Assembly (NCBI GenBank): GCA_043228905.1
Contig: JBHGNT010001346.1
Coordinates: 1-9,626, forward strand
From: Azolla caroliniana
Taxonomy: Eukaryota; Plantae; Polypodiophyta
DNA: 9,626 bases
Direction: 5' to 3'
Below, one piece after another: positions 1-8,904 of the stretch. A program made the translations under genes and the position numbers. Numbering within the stretch: position 1 is the stretch's first letter; every line of letters starts with the position of its first letter. Under the pieces are notes generated by a model, which was not told the DNA's origin, did no database searches, and saw only the letters and a program-made list of their open reading frames with translations.

Positions 1-1596
1 ATGCTGCTGCTCACCAATAATGCATTTCTCCATAGGCCGGATCTGACTTGGAACACAGATTCCTTTGGCAGAAACATCCTCCATTATGCATCCTTGTACC
101 TGAAGGAGGCTAGATCCATACCCCTCATCAGTAAATTGATCTCCATGGCAAGAACTGAGGATCTTCTCCGCAGAGATAAGGATGGAGCAACATTCTTGCG
201 GGCAGCTGCCGAGTGTGGGAACGCTAGAGTGGTTGAGGCACTCAAAGGGAGCATCATCCATGCCATCTATCCCCAAACAAAGAGGGCATTGATCAATGGA
301 GAGGTTGGGATGAGTGCCCTTATGCACGGCCATAGAGATTTCTTCGATCAACTGGTTGAATTGAGCAAGGTGTGCTCTGCCAATGTGCAGATCACTCTAG
401 CCGACCTTGTGGAAAAGCTAAAAGAAGCAGCCCTCGAAAGACTCGAGGATGATGCAAGGAAGGACGTGACCATGAACAAAGATTCCATGAGACAGGAATT
501 AGAGATGATTGGGAGTCCAAAAGGGCTTCCTACATATCTGGCTCTGTATGCTGAGAAATATGTGGTCTTCGAGTTTCTCCTGGAACGTGGACTCCTGACA
601 GAGAATCAATGGGATGAGGAGTATAAGCGCACATGTCTACACTGGGCTGTGGTGCACAAGAGGGCAGACATAGTGGAGAAGCTCCTCAAATCACTGAATC
701 TGAGGTCAAGCCCAGGGATGAAAGACGCAAAAGGGAAGACAGCACTGCAGATAGCATTTGAGGAGAACAACCAAGAAGCGATGGAGTTGCTGAGAGGAAG
801 GCCGGCCTTCAAGGAGTACGAAGAGAAGCAGTTGAGAGACAGGGATGTGTATGTGCAGGCACTGAATGCAGTGCTGGTGGGAGCAGCGCTGATAGGGAGT
901 GTGACCTTTGCTGGCTGGTTGCAGCTCCCATCACAGACGGCATTCCAGAGGCTGGAGATGAAGGTCTTCTGGGTGAGCAATGGTGTGTCCTTCTACTCTG
1001 CTGTGGCAGCAATGTGCGTGGCCATAGCCGCCTTGCTGCCCACACCCACCAAGTATGTGGATGGCATCGCGAATCAGTTGAGGTCGGACCTGCTGCTGGC
1101 GACGCTCTTCTTGAAGCTCTCGCTGGTAGGCGTGGCCATAGCATTCGGGGGGGCCGGCTTCGCCGCTGCCGCCTCCTCCGCCTCACCGGAAAATGATTGT
1201 CCGGACGAATGCGGGGAGCTCTACCGGTGGCTCATGTGGGGCAGCACGATCCCCGGCGCGTGCTTTGTGGCCACCACGGTAGGCATCATTATGTATCGGT
1301 TGCTCGTGGACGTGCTCCCCGTGGATACCGAATCGCGCTCCACCTATGCGAACATTCGTTGGAGGATGCACTACTTGGAGGACTTGGTGAGCCCCCAAAA
1401 GTTGTCTTCCGAGACCTTGCTACCATCAAGAACATTCGTTGGGAAAGGTCTCACAGGTTATGATTTCCCTTCTATTAGGACTTCATTCTCTCCGTCCTTA
1501 GATGTCGGGATGGAGAATGACTATTCTACTACGAGAGCATCCCCACCATTCTCTCCATTCGTAGTTCATGAGAACGATTGGTCAGACTATTATTAA
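1..1596 (+). CDS. Ankyrin-repeat protein with C-terminal PGG-type transmembrane domain (ACD6/ITN1-like ANK-TM family); true start may lie upstream
   Basis: 531-aa uninterrupted ORF. Ankyrin-like units include DSFGRNILHYAS, DKDGATFLRAAAECGNARVVEAL, GLPTYLALYAEKYVVFEFLLERG, YKRTCLHWAVVHKRADIVEKLL and DAKGKTALQIAFEENNQEAMELL. These are followed by PGG-like LNAVLVGAALIGSVTFAGWLQLP, FWVSNGVSFYS and further hydrophobic helices. Confidence 0.9.
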   Translation: MLLLTNNAFLHRPDLTWNTDSFGRNILHYASLYLKEARSIPLISKLISMARTEDLLRRDKDGATFLRAAAECGNARVVEALKGSIIHAIYPQTKRALINGEVGMSALMHGHRDFFDQLVELSKVCSANVQITLADLVEKLKEAALERLEDDARKDVTMNKDSMRQELEMIGSPKGLPTYLALYAEKYVVFEFLLERGLLTENQWDEEYKRTCLHWAVVHKRADIVEKLLKSLNLRSSPGMKDAKGKTALQIAFEENNQEAMELLRGRPAFKEYEEKQLRDRDVYVQALNAVLVGAALIGSVTFAGWLQLPSQTAFQRLEMKVFWVSNGVSFYSAVAAMCVAIAALLPTPTKYVDGIANQLRSDLLLATLFLKLSLVGVAIAFGGAGFAAAASSASPENDCPDECGELYRWLMWGSTIPGACFVATTVGIIMYRLLVDVLPVDTESRSTYANIRWRMHYLEDLVSPQKLSSETLLPSRTFVGKGLTGYDFPSIRTSFSPSLDVGMENDYSTTRASPPFSPFVVHENDWSDYY

Positions 1597-1822
1597 TGTA
1601 AGCAATAATATTTTAGAGTACATATTAGAGAAGACATTACCTTGAATAAAAAGAACACACTGCTGGTTCACATGTAACTATTTATTCCAATAACCGTGAA
1701 GGTTCAGGTTCACTTGTAAGTGTTTTCCAAGATTGTACCTATATACATATCATCAATAAGAATAATTATTATGTCAGCGTGTTTTTTCCACATAAAAGCT
1801 TTGCTATGTGTAATAGCTTACA
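1597..1822 (+). repeat. 5' LTR of the copia element (226 bp)
   Basis: Terminal inverted repeat TGTAAGC...GCTTACA (7 bp perfect, 10/12 extended). PBS follows immediately. TATATA at 1740-1745, AATAAA at 1645-1650. Confidence 0.85.
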
Positions 1823-1834
1823 TGGTATCAAAGC
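1823..1834 (+). promoter_or_regulatory. Primer-binding site for initiator tRNA-Met
   Basis: TGGTATCAAAGC matches the canonical plant PBS TGGTATCAGAGC at 11/12 and directly follows the LTR-terminal CA. Confidence 0.9.
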
Positions 1835-1917
1835 GAAAACAATCCTAGACATCCATTTTCTCTCCAAAGCTTCTCCACAGGTTGATCCGGAAGGGTCAAT
1901 CCGGGAGGTCTACAAAA

Positions 1918-3250
1918 ATGGCTTCGAGTGAAGGAACGTCAACACTCTCAACAACAACAACATCAACAACACCTATGACAAGAAAGTATTTGATCGAAAA
2001 ATTAAATGACAACAACTCTAGATGCAAGCCCTAAAATCATCATGCATCTAACAGGCAACCAAGTCGTTCTCACCAAATACCTCGAGCCATCTAAAGAAAT
2101 GTGGGATCTCCTTAAAGAATACCACAAACCATCAGACAGAACCTCAACAATCCTTTCATTTTGTTACTTGGTCACTTTGGAAATGAAAGAAGATGACTCA
2201 CTTGATGCCTTCATAAGCAAACATTCATATGCATATGATAGAGCAATATCAACGGGCAATAAGATTGATGAAGAAATGAAGGTAGACATCATGTTTGGAT
2301 CCTTACCAACTTTGCGGGGCCCATTCATAGTGATTCATGAAGTTGATCAAACACTTTCTCCACAAAATTTGATCTCGAAGATGAAGCAAGAAGATCTTCG
2401 AAGGAGAAAGCCTCAAAATGTCTCAGACAACCCATACATGGCAATGATTGTTGCAATGAAGTATCTAAGAGGTAACTTTAATAGAAACAAATTCTAAAAC
2501 AATAATAAGTACACAATGAACATACCTTTATACATGATAGAAACAAGTTCGAGAATAAAAAATCAGGTGCCCTTAGTATTTCCTCTCAAATCATTTGTAG
2601 ATGTTGTGGTAAGGCGAGTCACATGGAAAGAGATTGCAAAAATTAGCAATACGATTATAGGAATAAGAATGTTTGCATAGCCTCCATTCAAAACCAATAA
2701 GAAAATAATGACTCTTTTATCCAAGCATTTATGGCAACCAAACAACCATTCAACGTAGGGAATATATGGTTGTTTGAGACAGGTGCAACCCACCATCTTA
2801 CCCATAGTAGAAGCCTTCTGCATGATTACATCCAACTTCATACACCTTTGGAAGTTAGATTTGGTGACAATGTCATCAAATTGGCTTTAGGAAAGGGGAT
2901 AGTTCATCTATCAATAGACAACGAGTAAAAAATTAGTATATCCAATGTATACTATATTCGAAGCTTGGCAAAGTCTGTTTGTAAGTGAAGCCACGACAAA
3001 CATTGTTATATTTGAATTTCATCACAATTGTGCAATTATAAAATATACCTTAGCATCAGGACAAATTGTCACGATAGCTTCTTGCTAACTTGGAAAACAT
3101 TACCCCCTTCAAGCTATGGACAAAACACCAATTGAAGCACACATTGCCTCAGAAAACTCACAAATCGACCATATTTTACTATGGCACTATTGACTCAAAC
3201 ACCTCCACTCAAAAATCATGAACAAATGTCAAATTGATAACCTTGGAGTG
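1918..3250 (+). pseudogene. Copia gag-protease-pre-integrase relic
   Basis: ATG at 1918 gives MASSEG...IEKLNDNN, then shifts into ORF 2006..2497 (SKEMWDLLK, MKEDDSLDAFI, MFGSLP; UBN2-type gag). CX2CX4HX4C knuckle CRCCGKASHMERDC at 2596-2637. Protease WLFETGATHH...VRFGDN...GKG in ORF 2731..2928. LWHY*LKH near 3179-3202 resembles the pre-integrase LWHRRLGH motif. Confidence 0.9.
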
Positions 3251-3294
3251 TGAGCAAGTATGCTAACAGATATGCGGAAGTGTGTATGAGGACC

Positions 3295-3540
3295 TGTTGT
3301 ATTATGCTCAGCAAGCAACACAAAAAATATGAGAGAATAAGAAACGAAAGCATAAACACAGTTTTAAGCTCTAATGGAAGCTCTGTTATCCCTTTCTCCC
3401 TTCGTTAATCTTACACTCCGAGATTCAAGAAGATTCTCGTTACAATGTTAGGTTAGATTATCGTTACACTCAAGCCTTAACTAGAGGAAGTGTTCACACT
3501 ATAGTTACAAAGTGGAAGGAGTTGACATTTTATGCCAACA
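3295..3540 (-). mobile_element. LTR-like segment A (probable 3' LTR of an antisense nested element)
   Basis: TGTTG...CAACA termini. On the minus strand a PPT-like ACGGGGGATTT directly precedes TGTTGGCATA. The last ~65 bp resemble segment B. No TSD found. Confidence 0.55.
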
Positions 3541-3915
3541 AAATCCCCCGTAAAAGGACTACTCTTTTTGCATATAATGTTACTATGGATGTCTCTATCT
3601 AGAGTAAGCCCATCTTCCTTCAATTTCGTTTTTGCAAATATGGAGAACAATGAACCGATGCCTCATTTTCAAATTCTTTTTGAGTTCTTCACGTATTGGA
3701 GACTATGATTCAATTGGAATATGCGGAATGCCTTCACTCTTGATTCACAAGTTGGGGTGAGAAAATATGTTCTAATGTTAAAAGGATTTCTTTTGTGGTA
3801 ATTGATAGTGCTAGAGAAGTCACGGAATCTCAACCATGAAGATAGAAAACTCTGCAAAGTCACATATCATCATGTTCGCCATTTGAATTGGTGTGTAGGG
3901 TGGCATTGAGTTTGG

Positions 3916-4188
3916 TGTTGTAGTAGTCTTTATATCCCCGGATAGATAGAAGGGGTTCTATACTTTGTAGTAAGTTAGTCATGGTGGTGTTCTTTCTTTC
4001 GTAATGAAAGCGCCATTATTTACAAGAGCGAGACAGAGATACTCAAAGGAGACTATGTTACATTAATCCTCAGACCTCCTTTAGAATGCTTAGTCTCTCA
4101 CTTATATAGTTAGGGTAACTTAGCCCTAAATGTGAGGATGTGTTCACACCAGGATACAAGTGGGTAGAGTGGGGCTTTTAACCCAACA
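3916..4188 (-). mobile_element. LTR-like segment B (left boundary uncertain)
   Basis: TGTTG...CAACA termini and minus-strand CTATATAAG at 4101-4109. Its right end coincides with where copia RT coding resumes (QPPRF). Confidence 0.55.
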
Positions 4189-4907
4189 ACCTCCTAGGTT
4201 TGAGTCACGCTCTCAACCAAACTATGTTTGTTGGCTACATTGGTCACTTTATGGACTCAAACAATCTCCTAGATTATGGTTTCAAAAATTTAACAATTTC
4301 ATGCTCTCACATGGCTACTCTAGATTGTTATTGGAACCAAATATATACATTAGACATAATCATACATCTAATCCGTTGCTAGTGGTAGCACTATATGGGG
4401 ATGACATTCCTATAGTTGGAACACCATCTGAAATTACCCAAGCAAAGCTAGAGCTTTCAAAATCTTTTTCAATAACATAGTTAGGTCCCCTATCTTATTT
4501 CCAAGGCATGCATGTTATTCGTAATTGTAGTATGGCCACTTTCATCATTCATCAAAATAAATTCATTAATGAAAAATTGAAATCCTTTGGGATGCTAAAC
4601 ATTTACATGTGACTTAAGTGAATCAGATGGCCCAACCACAACAAGAGATATTGATTTCGTAAAGCAATTTCCTTTAAAACAATTAATGGGAAAGCTTCAA
4701 TATTTAGTTATAGGAACTCATCTTGCCCTTTGCTTTGCAATCAATTATCTTTCACGCTTTATGCATAACCTTGGCCTTATGCATTTGAAATCACTTCAAA
4801 GAGTTATACGATATCTAAAACACACATCTAACTATGGATTAACATATAAACAATCCCAATCCGAAAGACCAATCAAATCACTCATTGGTTGGTCTAATTT
4901 GGACTGG
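4189..4907 (+). pseudogene. Copia reverse transcriptase (RVT_2) relic and first residues of RNase H
   Basis: PPRFE...VCWLHWSLYGLKQSPRLWF, LYGDD (for YVDD), *LGPLSYFQGM, MGKLQYL...AINYLSRFM...RVIRYLKHT, and LIGWSNLDW (for GYSDADW), where similarity stops. Confidence 0.93.
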
Positions 4908-5108
4908 ATACAAAAATATAAACTAATGTGAAAAGGTGCACCCATAACCACCATAATCTCTCTCGATGTGGTTGGTTGGTTGTATAGAGACAAGATTAAA
5001 CAACACTAAACTTTCTTCCTTTTTCTTAGACTTTATCTCTTTATCTCTCCATCTCTTTCAATTTCATAAATCCTTAAGTAAGGTATTTGAATCACTATTG
5101 CCTGAGGA

Positions 5109-5153
5109 TGGAGAATAACCATTTGGGTGTCCCCATTCACCACATACTTGTGA
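5109..5153 (-). pseudogene. Possible degenerate gag zinc knuckle of another retroelement
   Basis: Minus strand reads SQVCGEWGHPNGYSP, which has CX2CX4HX4C spacing with both outer Cys replaced by Ser. Confidence 0.3.
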
Positions 5154-5632
5154 AGATCATGGATGCCTTCCAATTCTATGAATTTGGGTCAAGATCCTTC
5201 CATTGTTGTTCTAGGATGAGGCTCACTAGGTAGAGTACTTGTGGCTAGGAATTAAGTAATTAATGGTTAAGCAACGTGCAGAAGGTCCAACTTATATAGA
5301 TGAAATTTTCTGAGAAGCTGAATATGGATTAGAGAGATGAAAAATAGAGATTATTTATTTTGATAATGCTTGGGTTGAAGAATTAGAACTAGGCCTCACA
5401 TCAAGCATTACTATTAATTATTATGCATTGAGTGACAATATCAAATAAAATATTGGTGTAATAAATCACACTATAATATCAATGGCAAAGTTGTCAATGA
5501 CTCATTAGTACATCCAATTATTGCAATCTCCATTTAAATTTGTTATTTACGCAAATATCGTGGGTCAAACATCCGAAAGGAGAAAGGGTGGGCGAGTTCA
5601 TGCAATTGCTTAGGTAGCATACAAAGTGGGAG

Positions 5633-6104
5633 TGTCTCAGACAACTCACACACGACAATGATTGTTGTAATGAAGTATTTAAGAGGTAATTTTAATAGAA
5701 ACAAATTCTAGAACAATAATAACTACACAAAGAGCATACCCTTATACATGATAGAAACAAGTTCCAGAATAAAAAATCATTCCAAAATAAAAAATTTGTT
5801 GCCCTTAATATTTCCTCTCAAATCATTTGCAGATGTTGTGGCGGGGTGGGTCACACGGAATTCGCAAAAATTAGCAACACGATTACAAGAATAAGAATAA
5901 GAGGAATTCAATTGACACATGTTTACAAAGCCTTAGTTCAAAACCAACAAGAAGATAATAACCTTTTTATCCAAGCAGTTATGGCAACCAAACAAACATT
6001 CAACGTAGAGAATTTATGGTTGTTTGACAAGGTGCAACCCACCATCTTACCCATAGTAGAAACCTTTTTCATGATTAAATCCAACTTTATACACCTTTGG
6101 AAGT
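5633..6104 (+). mobile_element. Second copy of the copia gag C-terminus/zinc knuckle/protease segment
   Basis: Direct repeat of 2419..2855, from TGTCTCAGACAAC to ACACCTTTGGAAGT. 8 mismatches in the first 79 nt. Encodes CRCCGGVGH and WLFD. Confidence 0.92.
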
Positions 6105-6981
6105 GAGCTACAAGCAACAACGGTTTATGCCACGCCGCTTAATTCAAGCCTAAGTGCTGATACTATTCTGCAACGACTTCACTCTGATGATTTCGCTAAG
6201 GATGTCTTAGCCCACATTAGTCCAAGCCATGCATCTTGCTCCACATTACAAGGGTCATCTCAACACTATCAGGAATTCAAGTGGTAAGATGGCTTACTCT
6301 TTTACAAGAATCTCCTTTACGTCCCTGATGGATCACCCTGCCTTTAAGTGTTACAACATTGTCATGATGCCCCTATGGCTATAAATTTTGGTATTGCCAA
6401 GACCATGGAGTTGGTGAAGCGCTCGTTTTGGTGGCCTCATTTGCAAAATTTTGTCGAAGATTACGTTCGCACATTGTGAGTGTTGTTGTCGAGCCAAAAT
6501 ACTCGGGCATCATCCTTATGGCTTCTTACAACCATTACCGCCTCCAACCAAGCCATGACAGTCTATTTCTATGGATTTCATTGCGGATCTACCACCTTCC
6601 AAAGGATTTGATACTATTTTAACAGTAGTGGATCGATTTACCAAGATGGCCATGTGTAAAGAGCATCAGTAGTTAGGAAACTGCATATATCATTATGCGT
6701 GAAGTGTTTTGACATCATGGTCTTCTAGACGATATAATTAGCGATCGTAGTCCTCAATTTATCTCTCACTTTTGGAAGCACCTATGGGCAGACCCCAAAA
6801 TCTCCTACAAACTCTCTTCGACTTATCATCCACAAACCGATGGACAAACAGAGCACACAAATCAAAGTTCGTTGTATCTTTGATGCTTCATCAATTATCA
6901 ACAAGATGATTGGAGTAATATTTTACATTTTGGTGAGTTTGCATACAATAACACTGTACACTCTTCTACCAAGGTTACACC
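6105..6981 (+). pseudogene. Ty3/gypsy (Tf2/chromovirus-like) integrase relic
   Basis: Across frameshifts: [120 protein letters not shown]. Left boundary approximate. Confidence 0.93.
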
Positions 6982-7104
6982 TGTTATGAATAGTACTAAA
7001 GCAAAGAGAGAATTAGTACTAAAGAAGAGAAGTACTATTAGTACTAAGAGGACGGGACTGCATAAGATTCCCGAGAAAGAAAGAGAGAAGAGGAGAGAGA
7101 GATA
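6982..7104. other. Purine-rich insertion starting TGTTATG with four AGTACT palindromes; possible LTR terminus
   Basis: Starts where integrase homology ends. AGTACT at 6992, 7015, 7031 and 7040, then a GA-rich tract. Confidence 0.4.
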
Positions 7105-7294
7105 GCACTCTCACCAACTCTATTTGGTCTCTTCATGGATGAATTGGAACAAATGGTTGCCAAGTTTGTAAAGGAAGAAGGTGTTGAAGAAGTTGTCATT
7201 GGGAACAGGGAAATGTTGTCATTATGAAGTTGCTGCCATCCTCGACTCCAAATTTGTATGAAGTTGCTTTTGTTATGCGGATGATGTAGTGCTT
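7105..7294 (+). pseudogene. Non-LTR (LINE) reverse transcriptase fragment
   Basis: LSPTLFGLFMDELEQMVAKFVKEEGVEEVVIGN from 7108, then after small insertions YADDVVL at 7274-7294. This matches the LINE RT motifs QGCPLSPxLF and LLYADD. Confidence 0.85.
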
Positions 7295-7772
7295 CACACA
7301 TTATACTACAAATGTTGCACCTAACTACAAAACCATATTCTTCGCGGAACAGGGAAGCCGTACACATCGATACATGTTAGAGCCCATCCCGATATCTATC
7401 ATTCGAACCATTGCTTCCATACCACTTAGCTCGCATGCATTGTGATGTGAGACGGGGCGTTGGGGCATAAGTGATGAGAGTGGCCGGCTATGCACACTTT
7501 GCCCTAAACAAGTTCGAGAGTCTGAGTATCACACATTGATACAATGCTCTGCCTTTGATCATATTCGACTATGCTTTCCACATCTCTTCGACCAAGCCCA
7601 ATCCTTGCACGAATTTCTCTCACAACCACGATGTGCACTCTCGATTGCAACATTCATTGGTAAAGTTCTTGAACATCGAGAGTCACTACTCACTTTCACA
7701 CGTATCACGTGAAATGAAATATTTCAGGTCTCATAGGTCATATTTGACCTCCGAAGACGATAATATAATCTA

Positions 7773-7813
7773 TCTCTCTCTCTCTCTCTCTCTCTCTATT
7801 TATCTATCTATCT
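7773..7813. repeat. (TC)12 microsatellite followed by (TATC)3
   Basis: Read directly: 7773-7796 and 7801-7812. Confidence 0.95.
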
Positions 7814-8186
7814 GCTACTACCTCACTTATTTCCTTTCATCATCATTCTCTCTCACTCGTTGCACCCACTACTTATCTTGTCTATCCCTTTCATCATCAA
7901 TCCTTCTCTCGCTCTTTCTACTACTATCTTGTCTCAGTTCTCACATTACAACTTCTCACCTGGTGTTTAGAAACAATCCCGTGACAAAACCTGCCGTGGT
8001 AGAAATTTCTTGATGCCATAACTCGATGACTCATCTTTTTGCTAATTGTGTAACTTTGCACTCCGAACTCAGAATCATAAATTCAAAATTCCAACATGAT
8101 CCTTGTTCATGCGTACTATTAGATAATAGATTACAAATTTTAATTTTATATGGATATCAAAAAGTAGAATATATCGAAGATTGAAA

Positions 8187-8851
8187 TGTTGATTTAGATA
8201 TAAGCTAGATAACTCAACTCAGTTACATAGAGTGGCTTGAGAGGTGAACAGATAAAGTGGTTACCGATTTTTGATTTGCGGGCAGAGCTTCAAAGAGATA
8301 TCCTAGATTTGGTTAAGAAGACCAGCAAGATAACTTTGTTGTCTATTGTCGTTGGTGATCATGAGAGCCCTCTTTATTTGCTACCCTGAGCCCATTCGAG
8401 ATTTCGACAATGCATTCACCTTGATCCAAAATTTACACCACCCCCCATAATGAGGTCTCCTCCTCCTTTTATAGGCCTTTGGAGCACTTCATGCAAATAA
8501 AAATAGTAACTCTCTTTTTTACCATGGACCTTTGTTTTTCTCACCTTACATGCATTCATATTCCTCGAGTGCTTGCTGTGAGCAAAATGCTAATATCCAT
8601 GACTATCCATTTGCATTCTTCTCATTCATCCTATTGACGCCTGCATGACCTCTTGTAGTTTAGACAAGACTCAAACGCGTGACTTCTGACTCATCATTTA
8701 AGCTCTTGACAATTGAGCTATGTTTTTTTATTTTCTTTGACTTTGTTTTATCTCGTGAGTCGTGACTATCCTTTTATACTTCTTCCTTTCCTTCAATCCT
8801 TTATATCTATTTAGTTTTAACCCTTTTTCTTCACATGCACACATGACGACA
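8187..8851 (-). mobile_element. Possible solo or partial LTR
   Basis: Minus-strand CCTATAAAAGG at 8465-8475, an A-rich U3-like stretch before it, and candidate ends TGTTG (8187) and CGACA (8851). No TSD, so boundaries are speculative. Confidence 0.3.
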
Positions 8852-8884
8852 ACGTAAACCCTCTTTCGGGTGTCCATAGAAGAC

Positions 8885-8904
8885 TATATATATATATATA
8901 TATA
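8885..8904. repeat. (TA)10 microsatellite
   Basis: Read directly. Confidence 0.95.

Larger units (their letters stand above)
1597..4907 (+). mobile_element. Decayed, 3'-truncated Ty1/copia LTR retrotransposon
   Basis: Order is LTR, PBS, gag, zinc knuckle, protease, pre-integrase, (gap), RT, start of RNase H. Many stops and frameshifts. No 3' LTR seen in the window. Confidence 0.92.

Noticed and set aside
84-1398. Antisense ORFs 84..266, 606..980, 809..1186 and 1183..1398, plus sense ORF 1014..1196
   Set aside because: Shadow frames of the GC-rich ankyrin-PGG CDS with no recognisable motifs.
1197-1463. Alternative-frame ORF also open in the paralog (9308..9622), suggesting a conserved overlapping gene
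   Set aside because: The similarity follows from DNA homology and the scarcity of stops in GC-rich sequence. The two ORFs also go out of register across the indels.
2563-2841. Similar minus-strand ORFs 2563..2841 and 5938..6120
   Set aside because: Antisense shadows of the duplicated copia segment.
3669-3863. 64-aa minus-strand ORF
   Set aside because: Short, no ATG start, no motif, and lies in probable retroelement non-coding sequence.
6428-6622. 64-aa ORF
   Set aside because: Off-frame reading of the integrase relic.
7044-7367. 107-aa minus-strand ORF
   Set aside because: Antisense to the LINE fragment and GA tract, and spans unrelated segments.
7555-8013. 152-aa hydrophobic ORF resembling a membrane protein
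   Set aside because: The Leu/Ser richness comes from the (TC)n microsatellite and pyrimidine tract, and it starts at TTG.
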